The translations under genes were made by a program, and so were the position numbers. Below are positions 48,886-63,114 of a DNA stretch of 64,000 nt, in pieces. The notes under the pieces are model-generated. The model searched no databases and was not told where the DNA came from. It saw only the letters and a program-made list of their open reading frames with translations. Every line of letters starts with the position of its first letter. The first letter of the stretch is position 1. Source of the DNA: Laetmonice hystrix (lineage: Eukaryota); the NCBI GenBank assembly GCA_965235115.1, contig OZ249436.1:41170001-41234000 (forward strand), read 5' to 3'.

Positions 48886-49858
48886 GTATACTGATTCGTG
48901 GTGAAATAGAGCAGAAACCTTGCAGGCACAAAATGTGTTGGTATACTGGTACATGGTGAAATAAAGCAGAAACCTCGCATGCACAAAATGTGTTGGAATA
49001 CCGGGCATATATAGTGTAAGATAGCAGAAACCTTGCATGCACAAAATATGTCATGGTGAAATACAACAGAAACCTTGCATGAACAAAATCTGTTGGTATA
49101 CATGGTGAAGTAAGCAGAAACCTTGCATGAACAAAATCTGTTGGTATACATGGTGAAGTACAGCAGAAACCTTGCATGCACAAAATATGTCGGTATACAT
49201 AGTGTAATACAGCAGAAACTTTGCATGCACAAAATGTGTTGGTATACATGGTGACATACAGCAGAAGCCTTGCATGCACAAAATGTGTCGGTATACATGG
49301 TGAAATACAGCAGAAACCTTGCATGCACAAAATCTGTCGGCATGCATGGTGAAATACAGCAGAAACCTTGCATGCACAAAATATGTCGGTATACTTAGTG
49401 TAATACAGCAGAAACCTTGCATGCACAATATGTGTCGGTATACATGATGAAATACAGCAGAAACCTTGCATGCACAAAATGTGTCGGTATACATGGTGAA
49501 ATACAGCAGAAACCTTGCATGCACAAAATGTGTCGGTATACATGGTGAAATACAGCAGAAACCTTACATGCACAAAATGTGTCGATATACATGGTGAAAT
49601 ACAGCAGAACCCTTGCATGCACAAAATGTGTCGGTATACATGGTGAAATACAGCAGAAACCTTGCATGCACAAAATGTGTCGGTATACATGGTGAAATAC
49701 AACAGAAACCTTGCATGCACAAAATGTGTCGATATACATGGTGAAATACAGTAGAAACCTTGCATGCACAAAATGTGTGAATATACATGGTGAAATACAA
49801 CAGAAACCTTGCATGCACAATATGTGTCGGTATACATGGTGAAATACAGCAGAACCCT
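48885..49858. repeat. 49-bp minisatellite, ~20 copies, preceded by (TG)n
   Basis: GGTATACATGGTGAAATACAGCAGAAACCTTGCATGCACAAAATGTGTC; period 49 (49455 to 49504); the 5' copies are more degenerate. Confidence 0.97.
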
Positions 49859-51156
49859 TAAGAGATGAGGTGAATATGAATGGATGCAATGCCTCACCGC
49901 TTCCGGATAAAAACAAACAAACCATGATTTTTCTGCTACACTTTGGAAATTGTCAAAGGTAAGAAGCAGTTTTATCAGGGGATATACTGGAACTGGGAGT
50001 CGTTAATGTCCATTAGGTAGATCAGGTAGTATTGTCTATAGATACAGTCGTTAACACAGATATCTGGTTTTGCCACTCTGCTCCTGGGAAGATAGAAAAA
50101 ACATTCCTTCGAAGCGGGTGACCTTTTTCCCTCCCATATTATGTCTTAAAAGTGCAAGGAAAATACCTCTCACAAGGTAGTCCCATCAGTGCAGTGTTGT
50201 TTTAGTAAAGTAGGGCAGTCCACGACATCGTTGGTATAACCTCCGGGGAATTGTATTTTGTGCCAGTCGTATTGTCTCATACTGAGCTCGTTGTTCCTCG
50301 TCGTCCCTCTATAACACAGCGTAAAAAGACGTTATTTTTTTCCGGTCTGTGTCTACTCGAGCCAGAAGACTGATTTTTCACTTGAATTCTTTTATAAAAA
50401 GTTGCATCAAGCAACATATTAATGACACTATGCAGTGGCGACTCTCTAGGAGACTTACGGATGCTGAGACTGGTAATGGGTGTATGGAAGAGACAAATGC
50501 CAGGCCCATCCCAGATAGATTCCGATCTGAGTTATTTTCCCAGCCCCCCCCCCTCCTGACGGACACGTTTTCATCCAGTTCTTTATTTCCCAGCCAGAAA
50601 ATAACCCCCTGAGGAATTTTCTGGCGAATAGTAGGACAGACACAGTGTAGATAGTTGCTGTACAAGAAGGCCCACTTGTAGGGAGTATGTAGATGCTCTC
50701 TCGACGTTAGGTGGTCGTAACACTGCTAGTAATTTACTAAATTCACTTTACTGTGGCACTTAGCAAGGTGATATTGTTCGTTAATGTTAGTAGGGTCGTT
50801 CCGTGAGTATTTTTCCTCCTAGTGGACGAACTGGGTGGTACCTCGTCATCAGAGCTCAAATGTACTCTGTGCAGTCAGACCAGCTGTTCTGCAGACCCTA
50901 AAGAGACAGTAAACGTAGCTTCTAAATGCGTGCAGAGCCCATTGTACTCCAAGGACCTGACGAAGTAATAATGATTATGTGGAGTAGAATCATGATGCTG
51001 GATGAAGGCGAAGATGATGATGAGGATGGTGACGGGAGGGAGGAGTGCTCGTGCTTGTGCTTGGTTCAACATGCAGACAGGGGACCTTCCCCTCGAGCCC
51101 TCAAGGGGTGGCACGGGGCGGGGCAGTGGTGGAATGCCCCGAGTAAAACCCCATGC

Positions 51157-51556
51157 CCACTAAGCGGATTTTCACGTCGTATGGCGATGCATCGCCGACA
51201 GTCCCACGATTCGTCTGAAAAATCGTTTCAGTGGGCACAGCAACACGATTGTCCACACAGCAATCGTGTGGCTCCTATCACGGACAAGATGGGATACATC
51301 CAATCGTGTCACACGATAAGGGGGCACCCTCTGTATTAAATTTCAGGAACTACATTGCCACGATCAGAATCGGCTGAGTGGGCACACCCACACGATATCC
51401 AACCGACGTCGTGGTGCAGGAGCAAAGTGTGAAGCTATGGTCGTATAGTGGACATGATGAAATCGTATGGGACCATCGGGCGCCAGGACTAGCCGATGTC
51501 AATTACGATTACCATCGTGCAGGTTTCGTCGCCGACAAAAGAAACCGGCTTAGTGG
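51157..51556. mobile_element. Decayed PIF/Harbinger-like MITE
   Basis: CCACTAAGC...GCTTAGTGG inverted ends, the same terminal core as the 26.3-28.3 kb element; internal CACGAT/ATCGTG motifs. Confidence 0.5.
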
Positions 51557-54500
51557 ATACGTACTCCATAGGCAGTGTTGATTTATACAATGGCACACCT
51601 CTGAGGGATCAACAATTGTGTTTAACTCCTTTCCCCAAATGTTAACTCCTTCCCCCAGTTGTGTTAGGTTTCTCCTCCGGTGAAGTCGACGAAGAAATTG
51701 ATAATATTATCTCTTTAGCTGAACAAGATTCCAAAGGATCCATTCTCTGTAAACTGCAGAGAACATCGCAGAATCAAAACGTGCCTTTCAGTTCCAAGGC
51801 GTTCAATCATGTTTGATCAGACAGCTTAATGTCCTTCTGAGATCAAGGTAGGAGACAGTTGAATAAATGACTATCTTGATATGAGGAAATTAGTATGAGG
51901 AGAATTAGTGGGTGTATTGTCATAATTTCTGAAGTCTACAAACTGTTATGTTTTTTTAGCATTGCTGCGTCTCCAAATCGTGTCCCGCCAGTTTGGCAGC
52001 ATACAAAGTGTGAATCACGTTTCGGAGATGTCGATTTTACGGTTTTGTTGAAAGGAATAACTGTCATCAGTGCTCAGATCTTTCAAGTTGGGCCTTCATA
52101 TCAAAAAGACAGATGACATGGCTATTAAAAAGATATAAAAGGAAATATGAATGCCTGGCGTGTGCCCAATGATACACACTGTATGAATGCCTACTGCGCG
52201 AATATTGCATGATTATTATTGCAATCTTCTCATCCTGATTGACTTAAGTTAAATTCAGTTAAAGGAATCATGGCACCCTGGTTGAGCGTTCCGGGAAGCC
52301 ATTTCGGCCTGGTTTCACGACCTCCTCAAAATCTATGCACCTTCTGTCCCGAGGATACTTCCTAGGTTTAATATACATTATGTATTGTAAACAGACAGCA
52401 GCGAAATGCACTGTCACCTTCACATTTCACATTTCTTGTCGGGAACACTCGAAAACAACGCTGCCTTCCGCCATCGGGAATGTCTGAATGGCTAAATATT
52501 TTTAAAAAATAGTCAGGAAATCCAATCAGGCAAGTAGGAAGTGCTATGGAACATAATTACCAGACTATATACAGGCAGTATTTTCGCCAATTTGTAAAAT
52601 CTATATGAAATAGGTGACATGAATCTTTTAATATCAGGGACCTTTGTTTTAAGGCAGTTGAGATGCGGCTATCTTGTTTGGATATGTATTATTCATTCAG
52701 CAGTTATGTGGACCTCGAACTACAGGTATCTGCAAGCATAGTGAAAGGTTACGAAACCTCCACCGATCTGTCCATGTTTCATGCAAATTTGAAAGAAAAT
52801 AGCGAATTCTAGAGCACTAATAATAAGCACCATTTTATTGGCGAAGAAAATATGCGGAGCCCACTATAAAAAGGTCCCAGCCATTTCCGACTGTCGTTCT
52901 CAGTGAAAAGAAATAGTACCAAAAAATGTTTCCTGAGAATCTGAATTGCCCGTGAGTGTTAGTTGTCAGGTGAGCTGGCTTTGGCATACAATTCTCACCA
53001 ATTCAATAATTGGCTCTCAGTCCTGCTCTGCCCCTCTTCAACCTTTTACCCAGTTCCGGGTCTGTGACCTTTGTCTGTGTTGACATTGGTCAGACACCCT
53101 GCTGTTTGCCGTCCACTGTGTCCGTGATACCTCCTGACCAGAGAGTGGGAGACGGCACAGGAAGCATGCCCCAGTACCAAACCTACAGGTCTAGATAGAT
53201 AGATAGACCAAGCTCACAGTGCTTGGTCAGAGGTTGTGCATGCGTTAAAAACTACACCAAGACAAAGACCTTGACCAGTCAAATTCGATGAGCATTTCCC
53301 CCAGGGGAAGGCGGCCGGCCTATTTCTTTTTTTTGTTTATCCGGTAGTGAAAATTGGGAAAATAAAATGTCTAGAAACGGAGTGGCAGAACCGTATTCCG
53401 ATGGCAGAACTGGTGCCGGCAGGACGAGTTAACAGTAGGACTAGGCACCAGTACTTTCGCTTTGGAAGGAATCTACACATGTGACCCTAATATTGAACAT
53501 TGAGGTAATCCGGACATGTCAGTGGCTGTCATAACCAGGAACCAGCGACACAGTTGATAAGGGACCATAGGGACTGTTTAACAAACAGAAGATGAAGTAA
53601 CATACAATCAGAATATGACTTATCAGAGACTATTGTAAGGATCTGTCCGTAACAACAACACACAAGCCGGTATACCGTAATAATGTACAACAGACTTGGC
53701 AGCCATAGATTTTATACATAGGAGTTGTAGATGAGAGTGGGAGCGATAAGAAATAGTTCTATACTAATTGCAGATTTCATTTGGACCAGGATCTATATTG
53801 GACGTTATGTTATCAGATATCACCGGTTTAAGAGTCGAACGTAAACCTGTAGTGTGTTTATACATAGATCTATCGTATGCCTACAGTCCCGATTGCGCGT
53901 AAGGTCATGGCTATACGCGATGGATGTCTTTTTTTTTAACAAATCCCGGTTTCTTGTCTTTTTCAACGAATCTTGAAAATGGAACTATGTATCGGTGTCA
54001 CATCTAGTCTGTGATAATATAACCGTAGTTTTGTGTTATAGAAATATTAAAAGACACAACTCGTTCAAAACTGAAAAGGAAGGAGGCCTCTAATATAACA
54101 TGTTTAGAATGGTAAAATCAGTTCAAAAAACGGATCCTATTGAATTGATCCTTGCAGACACAATGGTGTTTGTATCTGTTCTATTGTAACCGAGTTCTGT
54201 CACGTGTAGTCGTGTACCACACAATGTACTGTGTACACAGAGAATGAGGGTACGTGGAGGAAAAGTGTCGCGTGTAAAAAATATACCGCCTGGAATAATA
54301 GACGCAATACATTGTTTACTCTTTTTCCATCATACGTGTTACCCATATGGACAGAAAGATGTTCAGATGGGTAACCCGACGTCGCATTTGCGCCCCCCTC
54401 GATTTCAGGCCCGTACGACACTTTTTAAAAAGGGGGGTGGCATGACTTGGAATTTATGCGCGCAAATGTGGAATGCACGTTTTGTGGCGTGTGCCCAATG

Positions 54501-55129
54501 ATACACACTGCATGCATTGTTTTTTTTGGAACACAATATGTTATTTAAACTGTAACATCTATATTCTTACCATTATTACCTGCTCATATCATACCTAATG
54601 TGATATACATAGAAATTGGCGTAAATTTGAAAGACGGACGGCTATGGATTTAGATTCCTACCGGGATTGGGTGGAAAGGATCGAGTGCCTCCATTTATTT
54701 CCCCATCGTAACTTCTCTACGAAATATTGAGGGTAGGGGCAAAGGTTGTCGTCGGAGGTTTCGAATAGTGATTTTTTTTTACCTTCTTACTGTCAAATTT
54801 TGTGGAGATGTTCCCTTGGAGAAGACCGTCCGACCTGATCATTTTATCAGATTTAATACAAACAGAGGAAACAACCCGGCCATCATGTTATTGTGTTATG
54901 GGGCCACGACCGAAAAATCGTGAAATAGGTCGTTAAAAATCTATACGATATCAATTTGAGAGAGGTTGGCAACATTGACAAAACTGTTTTCGTTGATTTA
55001 TTGCTGTCCTCTCCTTTTCCCCTCCTACTTTGTCACCCCCCCCCCCCCCTTCCTCTATTTCTTCTACTTAGTCTTTTTCGTCATCATCGTCATCTCCAGT
55101 TTTGAATCTGTTCTAGGTGTTGAAGACCA

Positions 55130-55310
55130 CAGGGTTTCCTGAAGATTTTCGACTTTGGGGGGGGGGGGGGGATGGTGCGAGTTTGGGGGGGACAGTAATG
55201 CAAAATATTTCCCCCTGGAAATCTTATTTTCTTTGGGGGGAGTAGCTGAATAATGGGGAGAAGGGGGAGCCCCCCCCCCCCCAAAAAAAAAGGGCCTGCA
55301 GGAAACCCTG
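55130..55310. mobile_element. MITE with CAG...CTG termini and 5-bp TSD (hAT5-like)
   Basis: Perfect 12-bp TIR CAGGGTTTCCTG...CAGGAAACCCTG, flanked by GACCA (55125-55129, 55311-55315). Confidence 0.85.
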
Positions 55311-55453
55311 GACCAGCTTGCTGTTTTTTATCCTAAGACTCCGTATACTGATATTTCACGTGTGCTACAAGTCTTCTTTCTATTCATTCGTCATTCCATG
55401 TTGATACAACCTGATTCCTCGAATTAAATAGAATCTGTTGTCTGTTGTTTCAG

Positions 55454-55852
55454 TGGCAGAAGCTCCAGATGTCAACGGTAGAGCGGCGGAAGATCATGTG
55501 CTCAGTGACGTTTCACATCATCGCCATTACGTGCGTGATCTGGTCACTGTACGTGCTCATAGACCGCACTACCGAGGAAATCAGGGAAGGAGTATTAGAA
55601 TGGCCCTTCTGGACTAAGCTTATCGTCGTAGCTATAGGGTTCACTGGCGGCGTTATCTTCATGTATGTTCAGTGCAAAATGTATGTGCAGCTATGTCGGC
55701 GTTGGCGAGCATACAACAGAGTTATTTACATTCAAAACTGTCCCAAGTTCTCTCCATCATGCCCAAAAGGAAGTCAGAAAATTCCACTTCATTCTCAAGA
55801 CGATAAATCAGATTCTTCAAATATCAGCATGCAAGAAACTGAGCTGGTATAG
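55454..55852 (+). CDS. MARCHF8: MARCH1/8-like last coding exon: two transmembrane helices and cytoplasmic tail
   Basis: tttcag|[39 protein letters not shown]...[47 protein letters not shown]...; typical of MARCH1/8; TAG stop at 55850-55852. Confidence 0.95.
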   Translation, partial: WQKLQMSTVERRKIMCSVTFHIIAITCVIWSLYVLIDRTTEEIREGVLEWPFWTKLIVVAIGFTGGVIFMYVQCKMYVQLCRRWRAYNRVIYIQNCPKFSPSCPKGSQKIPLHSQDDKSDSSNISMQETELV

Positions 55853-58800
55853 GAAGGATTTTCACCATGGTCCCAAACTCTGGGTCATGGTTAGACTTAG
55901 TTCTTAAGTACACTAGGTCATTGTCATGACCTTCACAGATAATTTACGCCAAGTGATGACTTTCTGTACAAAAGCTGCTCTACAACGTGGCTTGATGTCA
56001 CATCGCGTTTCAACTTCAATCGTGCACCGTGGTCAGCTGTTCAGCTACAGGTTCTGGCTTCCAGTTACATAGCTGTTAAGTAACAAGTTCTGGCTTTTCG
56101 TCGGCTGTTTACCAGCGGGATATGTGTCTCTCAGCTATTTGACATCAGATGGTGGCTTGCATCTAAAGCTGTTTGGGCGCTCTGAAGAGCGTTCTGACAG
56201 CCGTCTTTGTGCCGGATAATGGACCGCATGGTAGCCGATTTGGATCTGCAACTTGTTGAGGCCAGGTCGTCCTTGACAGCTGTGTGACGCCATGGTATGG
56301 TCCAGAGTGGACACTGAATAACGAACCCAATGGCGTCAGCTGTTGATTTCAAAGTCATATATCCACAGTGGTTTCATAATACAAAGTTCGGTGGTGAATG
56401 CTGTGAAATGTATGTGTGATATGAGGCAGGTTGCCATTGTAACCGGTATCGAGGCCGTACCGACTGGGAGTAGGATAAAACAACGTTACCAAAACTCAGC
56501 ACAGCGCCCACTCAGCACCCGGTATGACATTACTCCCTCAACCTTTGCCAGCGTTTATACGGAGATAAAGTTATTTGAACTAAAGTAATTTCATGTGTTC
56601 ATAGTGGTAAGAACAGTGTGATAAGGACATAATGAAGCGCTATAGAATCAACCCTTGATTTATTTATGTTTCCAAAGGTTTACCTACCACAATGTATTCC
56701 ACACGCCTTATTCATGTTACTGACGTACGGTTGATAGCAGAGGGCATAGAGATATGCGGCCCGTCCAGGTTGGTGAGAGATCAGCCACTGACCACACCAA
56801 CACATCGCCAGGGCCATCTGCTTCAAGACCTTAAAGGATGCACCATTATAATGTCAGCAGAACAGCCACTAATAGGTCTTTGTACATACACTGTTCACTG
56901 TGTCCCTCCAGTCAGTCCCTGTTCATCACTGAGAAACTACGCAAAAAGTACAGTTTTCAGGTTGTAACTATAGTTTGCTCTGAGTTTAGTAGAGAAATCT
57001 GGGTATGGCCATGCCAATGTAAGGTTGTAGAAAGTGTGACTGCCTTCATATACAAAACATGTACACCACATGCTAATATGCAGGGTTTGGGAGATCGTTA
57101 AACGCCCATACTTTTTTTTTGTATGGAAGTGAAACTGGATTTCATTAATAATTTGCCCCCCCCCCCACCCCCTTCTTTTCAGTCCCTTCCCTAGGTACGG
57201 TACATGTGCGCCCATGTTTCGTTTTCCTCACATTAATAAATGGATGGAATAAGGACAAGTCGGATTAGGAAAACTCCTTTACAATCCCTCAACTTTCCAA
57301 CTCTTGAATATTGACGTGGGAGGCAGTGCTAAGGTTGCAGTGTTTTCTACTCGGTGCGAAGGGTGACAGACACTAGCAGTGTGACGGATATATTGCTAAC
57401 GTCCAGCCAGCCAACCTTGACTGATTACGTGTGACCAGTACAGGTTCTGAACATGATAAGGCTGCAAAAATATTTTGATATATATCATGTTCTAATGTAT
57501 GCCTTGGGTTGCGGGAGGAACTTGGTGCTTACATAACCTTGCAGTTTAAGCAAGGATTCATGGTAAATGTTTGTGTGATGCATAACGCTCGAAAAAATCT
57601 CTATCCACCCAATTAACATGATTGCGATGAACGGATCTTCGATTCCTATGCAGGCGAGTAGAACAGATTATATCTTACAAGCCACACCCTTCAGCCAAAA
57701 CCATGTGATGCTTTTGACCTGTCCACAGCCTGTAGTAAGTTACTTGCAGTCACGTTTGTTTACAATTCCGACTGTAGCCAAACAGGGAAAGCAGTGTTGC
57801 TGAAGTAAGGTGTATCCGTTTTTGTTGATCGTATTAAAAGCATGCCTCCCTAACCCAATGAAAACAATTTGATGTCGTGTATGGTTGAATGTTAATGTCT
57901 GCGCTGTAAATTAAGTAAACTGTAAAATAAAACGGAAAAAAGCAAGGCGTTGTTTAAAACCTAGCAGGCACTACCGTCAATACAGTTGAAACGTTTTCCT
58001 AGTTTGAAATCCTTTTGGCCGTAGTACCTGTCAAACAGAGAGTGTATTAAATGGCGACGCCTCGTTTGGGCGTCCGTATAGTGGCAGACGAAATAGTACA
58101 TGTGCTTGCCTCCCCCCAGCTCATTTAAGATACGTTGCAGTGTTCCAAAAAAGGTGAATTGATGGGGTTTGTTCGACAAGCGCTACACGAGTATTGAATC
58201 GTCATAGTTTCATAACTTGAACAAAAATCAGAGTACGTTGGTGGAAGAATACATGAATAAGCAGGTTTCAGGTTTGACGAGTAATCAGTAGTGTCTTCAA
58301 TATCTGCATTATTCTAAGACCATCATGTGACGAAAAATGCACATATTCACAGAACTTCATAGTTAAATGCATCGCATGGCAGTAGTCTCGAATGAAAATA
58401 TAGCACGTGGTTAGGCATGAAGTAAAGGAATATAAATGCTTTATCTATCAACACAAACAACAACGTATCAAATGTCGCGTTCGTATCCCTTGTGTTTATG
58501 AATGTGTTCAATTTGTCCACCAAAAACCGGGTATCTGAGAAGAAGGGAATTTGACTATCTACTGTACTCTTTGTGTTTGTAAGTATTAGCTAATTCGGAC
58601 CTTGTTACCGGTAGTAATATACTGGGTTTTTAACACGTTTCGGGCCACTATGAGAGTGAACAAATAGACCAGCTCATTCATAAACCTAAGGGCTACGATC
58701 GAGACGTTGGTTGTGTTTTGGCACTTCTTGATTGATGTATTCTTTGGTCAGTTAAAACATCTGGTATCACGGTGCTTAAAAATAACATTCCATTTCCATA

Positions 58801-61800
58801 ATATTTATTCTCTAATTCACCTATCGCAGATCCCAAAGATTTTATGGTAATTCTCTGCATTAGACTCTGTTATCAACTTCATAAAGGTACACTGGGGGGA
58901 GGGACCAGATAGTTATGGTTGTGACTACAGTATGATGTATAGGCGATGCCGGTAAACGGACAAAGCTTGCCAAGCAAGTTATTTCAACCCTTTAAAAGTG
59001 GGGAACTAATTTTCATGTAGAAGAGTCAATGTAAGGGTGGAAATGTAACTTTAAAAAATCATGACTGATAGTAATGATGATGGACCTGTAATCAAAACTT
59101 TTCATTATCTGATCATGAAAAACTCTAAAATTCATGCATGTTAAAATTTTCCTTTTTTTTAAATTTTGTTTGTGGAGACTTAATTAATCTCAGTATGAAT
59201 CCATGTTCACTACATGCGTTTTTTTAAATTTAATTGGAGATACAGGGTAATGGTTTTATAAAGACATTGTAGTATGCCAAAGTTTTCCCTTCTTATTTAT
59301 TCGAAGTTGTAGGAACTGCAGTGAGCGGGCAAGTCAGGTACGAGTTGGTGATTATCCCAGTATTTTTCTCATGTGACAAATATTGCTACACTCGGGAGTT
59401 TCAAACGTGGCAGACTATTCATAACCACTTAATCTGCGTATAGTAATAACAGGTATAGTTGTTCCAGCCAAAAATTGAAGCATATTCTCATAATCGGCTT
59501 AAGATTCTTGTTGTGCTGATCGCTTCTGAGAGCTTGGTGTTTTTCTTCTCGTTTGCATAGAGTAGTGTCTCTCCCTTTATACACAGCAAACCTTTAATAC
59601 CACTTATCCAAACAAAATCATCCAATGTGTATGGTGGCCTGGTTTAGGAAGGGCGGGGGAGACATGGAGAATTATCGCAGACAGATATAATAGACGATAC
59701 GCAACTTCCTACGGATAAATACGTAGACATGTTCTGTGAAATGATGTTCGATACTTTGGCTGAAAGAAAAGGAATCCATGCCCTTGTAGATATATGTATG
59801 TATAATATAATGAACTACTTGCCTGGATGCAAGAGAGGACAACAGTTTACCTTCGGATGCCGGTATAGTGCACGAATATTACCGGTACTACAGTTTAGTA
59901 GGTCTATATATTGGAAACTATACATCTCTGTTAATGAAGAAAGCATTACATGTAATGTATAAGCTGTCACTGATATTTGATAAGGATGGACACAATTATT
60001 TTCTTTATTCTTGATCGATAAGGTTTTGTTTTTTTTTTTTGGGGGGGGGGGGGTGATAGGAATACTGATAATTTGCCAGCGTGTTAAATTTTTTCCTACG
60101 TTCATAATAGGACTATCCCTAATAAAAGGGATGTCTCCACAATATTCCACCGAAGAATAAAGGAGCGTTGAGGGATTTAGGTATATTTTCTGTAAGCTGA
60201 TGTTATTGGCGAGTTATGAATAATGCTACATACATTTCTTTAATGAAAATAATTTCCATTGAGGGGATAAAGGCATCAAAAGTCCTTCCATGCAACGGCA
60301 CAGGACTGATACTTAGCTGAAGCTTGAACTTCAGTATTCCAGTCCTTAACTTTCTCTCATTAAAATTATTTATATTTATTTATTATAAATTATTTTCGTT
60401 CTTGCGAGCTCATATTCTGATTGTATCACAATCGTAAAACAACACAAAGGAGTTGATTGGTACAGGTGAAGAGGGTTCAAGAAAACGATCTTTCCAGTAC
60501 CGGTACGTCTAAAATAATTAAGATAATTTTGTCCATGACCTGTCTGAAACTATAATAATAGGAACTGAGTAAGGCTGATTTTGATCTTTGAAACTTGCAA
60601 AATGTTGTAGAATTTAATATATAACATCACAGTATGGCTTAGTGAAGTTTTTTTGGTCAAACCAAACAAATATATGCATGTGCTGACAATAGTATGTGAC
60701 CAAGTACATGGCTTGAGCTGAACATAATGACGGTAACTTATTTGTAAAGAGCGAATCCTTTTGTTTTTGTTCATTAGAAATGGAAAGGTTGTTTAGGGAG
60801 AGACAGAATCAGAGTCTCGACTCTCAACCTTTATTACTGACTCACACGTCCACTGGACGCAACAATTCTACGGCATGCAGCGCCACCATAGTTTCGAATG
60901 TCTTTCATATAAAACAGATCCTTTTTTCATGTAAAGAATTTAGGACATTCTATGACACAGTCATTATATCATAAAGTCAAGCTTTCAGTTTATACAGAAC
61001 AACGGAAAAGGGCGGTGATGTACACAAACCGGTAAGCCCTGTTGTTCAAGAGATAGTAATCTACAGATATAATGTCATCACGGAGGTAAACAGTGGGAAA
61101 TTGGTGCCTGTATAAGTACCTGATAATATATAAAGGGATTACTATCGACGAAAAAAATGTGATATTCATTTTCTAGTGTACAAATTGTGTACAGCGGCAG
61201 GCATGTCCGAAGATTGAAGGGAAGTGACTGTTCTTCGATGTTATCACTGACCGTATTGTATGCAGATGAGGGCCCAAAACGCTCAAACGGTAATTATTCC
61301 CTGATAGTCTAAGTCTAGACTAAGACTAACATGTAATTCTACTCAGAAGACACGCAAATGTACGATAACTCTAATCACAGGGAAATCGTAACGTGCCTAC
61401 AATTTATTAAAGAACGCGAGTTGATTTCTCAATGGAAACTATGAGGCGATGTGAAAACCGTTATGAAATACATTTTTGGAATATAAATTTCGGGAAAGGG
61501 GGGATTGAGAAAATACGTAGGAGGTGGTTAAGTAGGCCTGTTCACAAGATACTAATTTCCAGTAAGTTGCTAGGCTGTAGCTGAGGCGGAGTTTTGAGTA
61601 AACGTAAACGTTGAGTGATTGAGTAGATTCCATTTAAAGGATCCAATCCTGCGCCCGTATAGTGGTCATTCATAACATGGAGACTTCATTTATCACGGGA
61701 GGCTGGTTGACATCTTTGACGTGTTCTATGGGGCCGCATTGTGTGGTCTCAACAATCTTTACATAAACTACAACGCAGGGCATATAATGTTAGCCAGCCT

Positions 61801-63020
61801 CGAGATGGAAATGGCCTACCAAGAGTAGATGAGTGAAGGTAAAGTATTATGTTATTGAGGCGTGCGAATGAAGCCTCGGTGCCATGGACGGAACGCTGTT
61901 AAGACGTCATCTCACAGAGCAGGATTTCTAATCTGCTACCAAAGAGGCGAACATTGAGTAATGATTTCGTGTAGATCTTCTTTGTTCTATTGAAATTCGT
62001 TCAGTCGAACAGGAACAGAAGCCTTGTCTGGCAATTTAAATGTAAGTTGAATGAGAATAAACATTCTGAAGAGACATTATAATATTGGCGAGTACGGGTG
62101 TTTTATTTATAGAGCCAGTTAGTTTAAACAGGTATTCATGGTTATCCCATGCCATCGTAATTTGATATTCTCGTCTTCTAATATTTTGTTTACGCAAATT
62201 CAAATCCTACTGAACAAAACCTGCTTTGTAGCCAATATCTTCTCGGGCTACTAACAAGTAATATTTCAAGGAACATTATATTTAATTTGAGAAGTCAAGT
62301 TTTATGCGGAAAGCTAAACTTCAGCATAACATCTTTTAACGCATACATTTGTGTGTGTGTGTGGGGGGGGGGGGTGTTATTGTCCGAAATGCTATCTCTA
62401 ACAGAACCTTTTGTATGTTGTTAGGTTTTGTAAGCTCAAAGGCGCCATTGACCTACTGGTGTGACCCCACGGGAACAAGGAAGTCGGGTGCGGCTGAGAA
62501 CGCTGGCGTACGATGGCGCCATCTGTCGCAATGATGGTGAACCGAGAAGACGCGGGTTGGCCTTCATAGGCTCAGTCATATTATAATTTATTTAAGGAAA
62601 TCTGAATGATCTGCTCTTGGCATCGATTTGCCTTCTATGATTTTATGTATTTATTTAACTATTTATTCGTTTATAATCTATTTATGGAAAGGGTGCCTAT
62701 TTATAGACCTATACATATCGGGGTATATAGGCTGGGAACCATATTTTCATTGGGCTGAGGCATGGCCCGAAGCGCCGGGGGAACCAATTTTTCTTTTTTC
62801 TCCCATAGAACCTTTTGAATTGACCATGCTCCCCCCTTAGCAAATTACTACCCCCTCCCCCCCCCCCCCCCCCGACGGCCTTATTACCCCCCCCCCCCCG
62901 GGTCACTGTAGTGCCTTCATCAAATTGATCTATGCATCAACAGGTAAAAACTTTTTCTCGTTATTGCTGCCACTGAATAGAACATGATATAGGCCTAGGG
63001 CCTAAATCTAGTATGGTCTG

Positions 63021-63114
63021 AAAGATCAGAACTATAGGACTACAAAATAAGCTAAATATGTCCCCCAAAAAAAGATCAGAACCATAGGACTACAAAATAA
63101 GCTAAATATGTCCC
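63021..63114. repeat. Direct duplication, period 50 bp
   Basis: AAAGATCAGAAC[T/C]ATAGGACTACAAAATAAGCTAAATATGTCCC at 63021 and 63071. Confidence 0.9.

Noticed and set aside
48814..49925. Long overlapping minus-strand ORFs (up to 354 aa)
   Set aside because: These are translations of a stop-poor 49-bp minisatellite in all three frames.
55835..55852. C-terminal ETELV as a class I PDZ-binding motif
   Set aside because: Position -2 is Glu rather than Ser/Thr; at best a weak non-class-I match.
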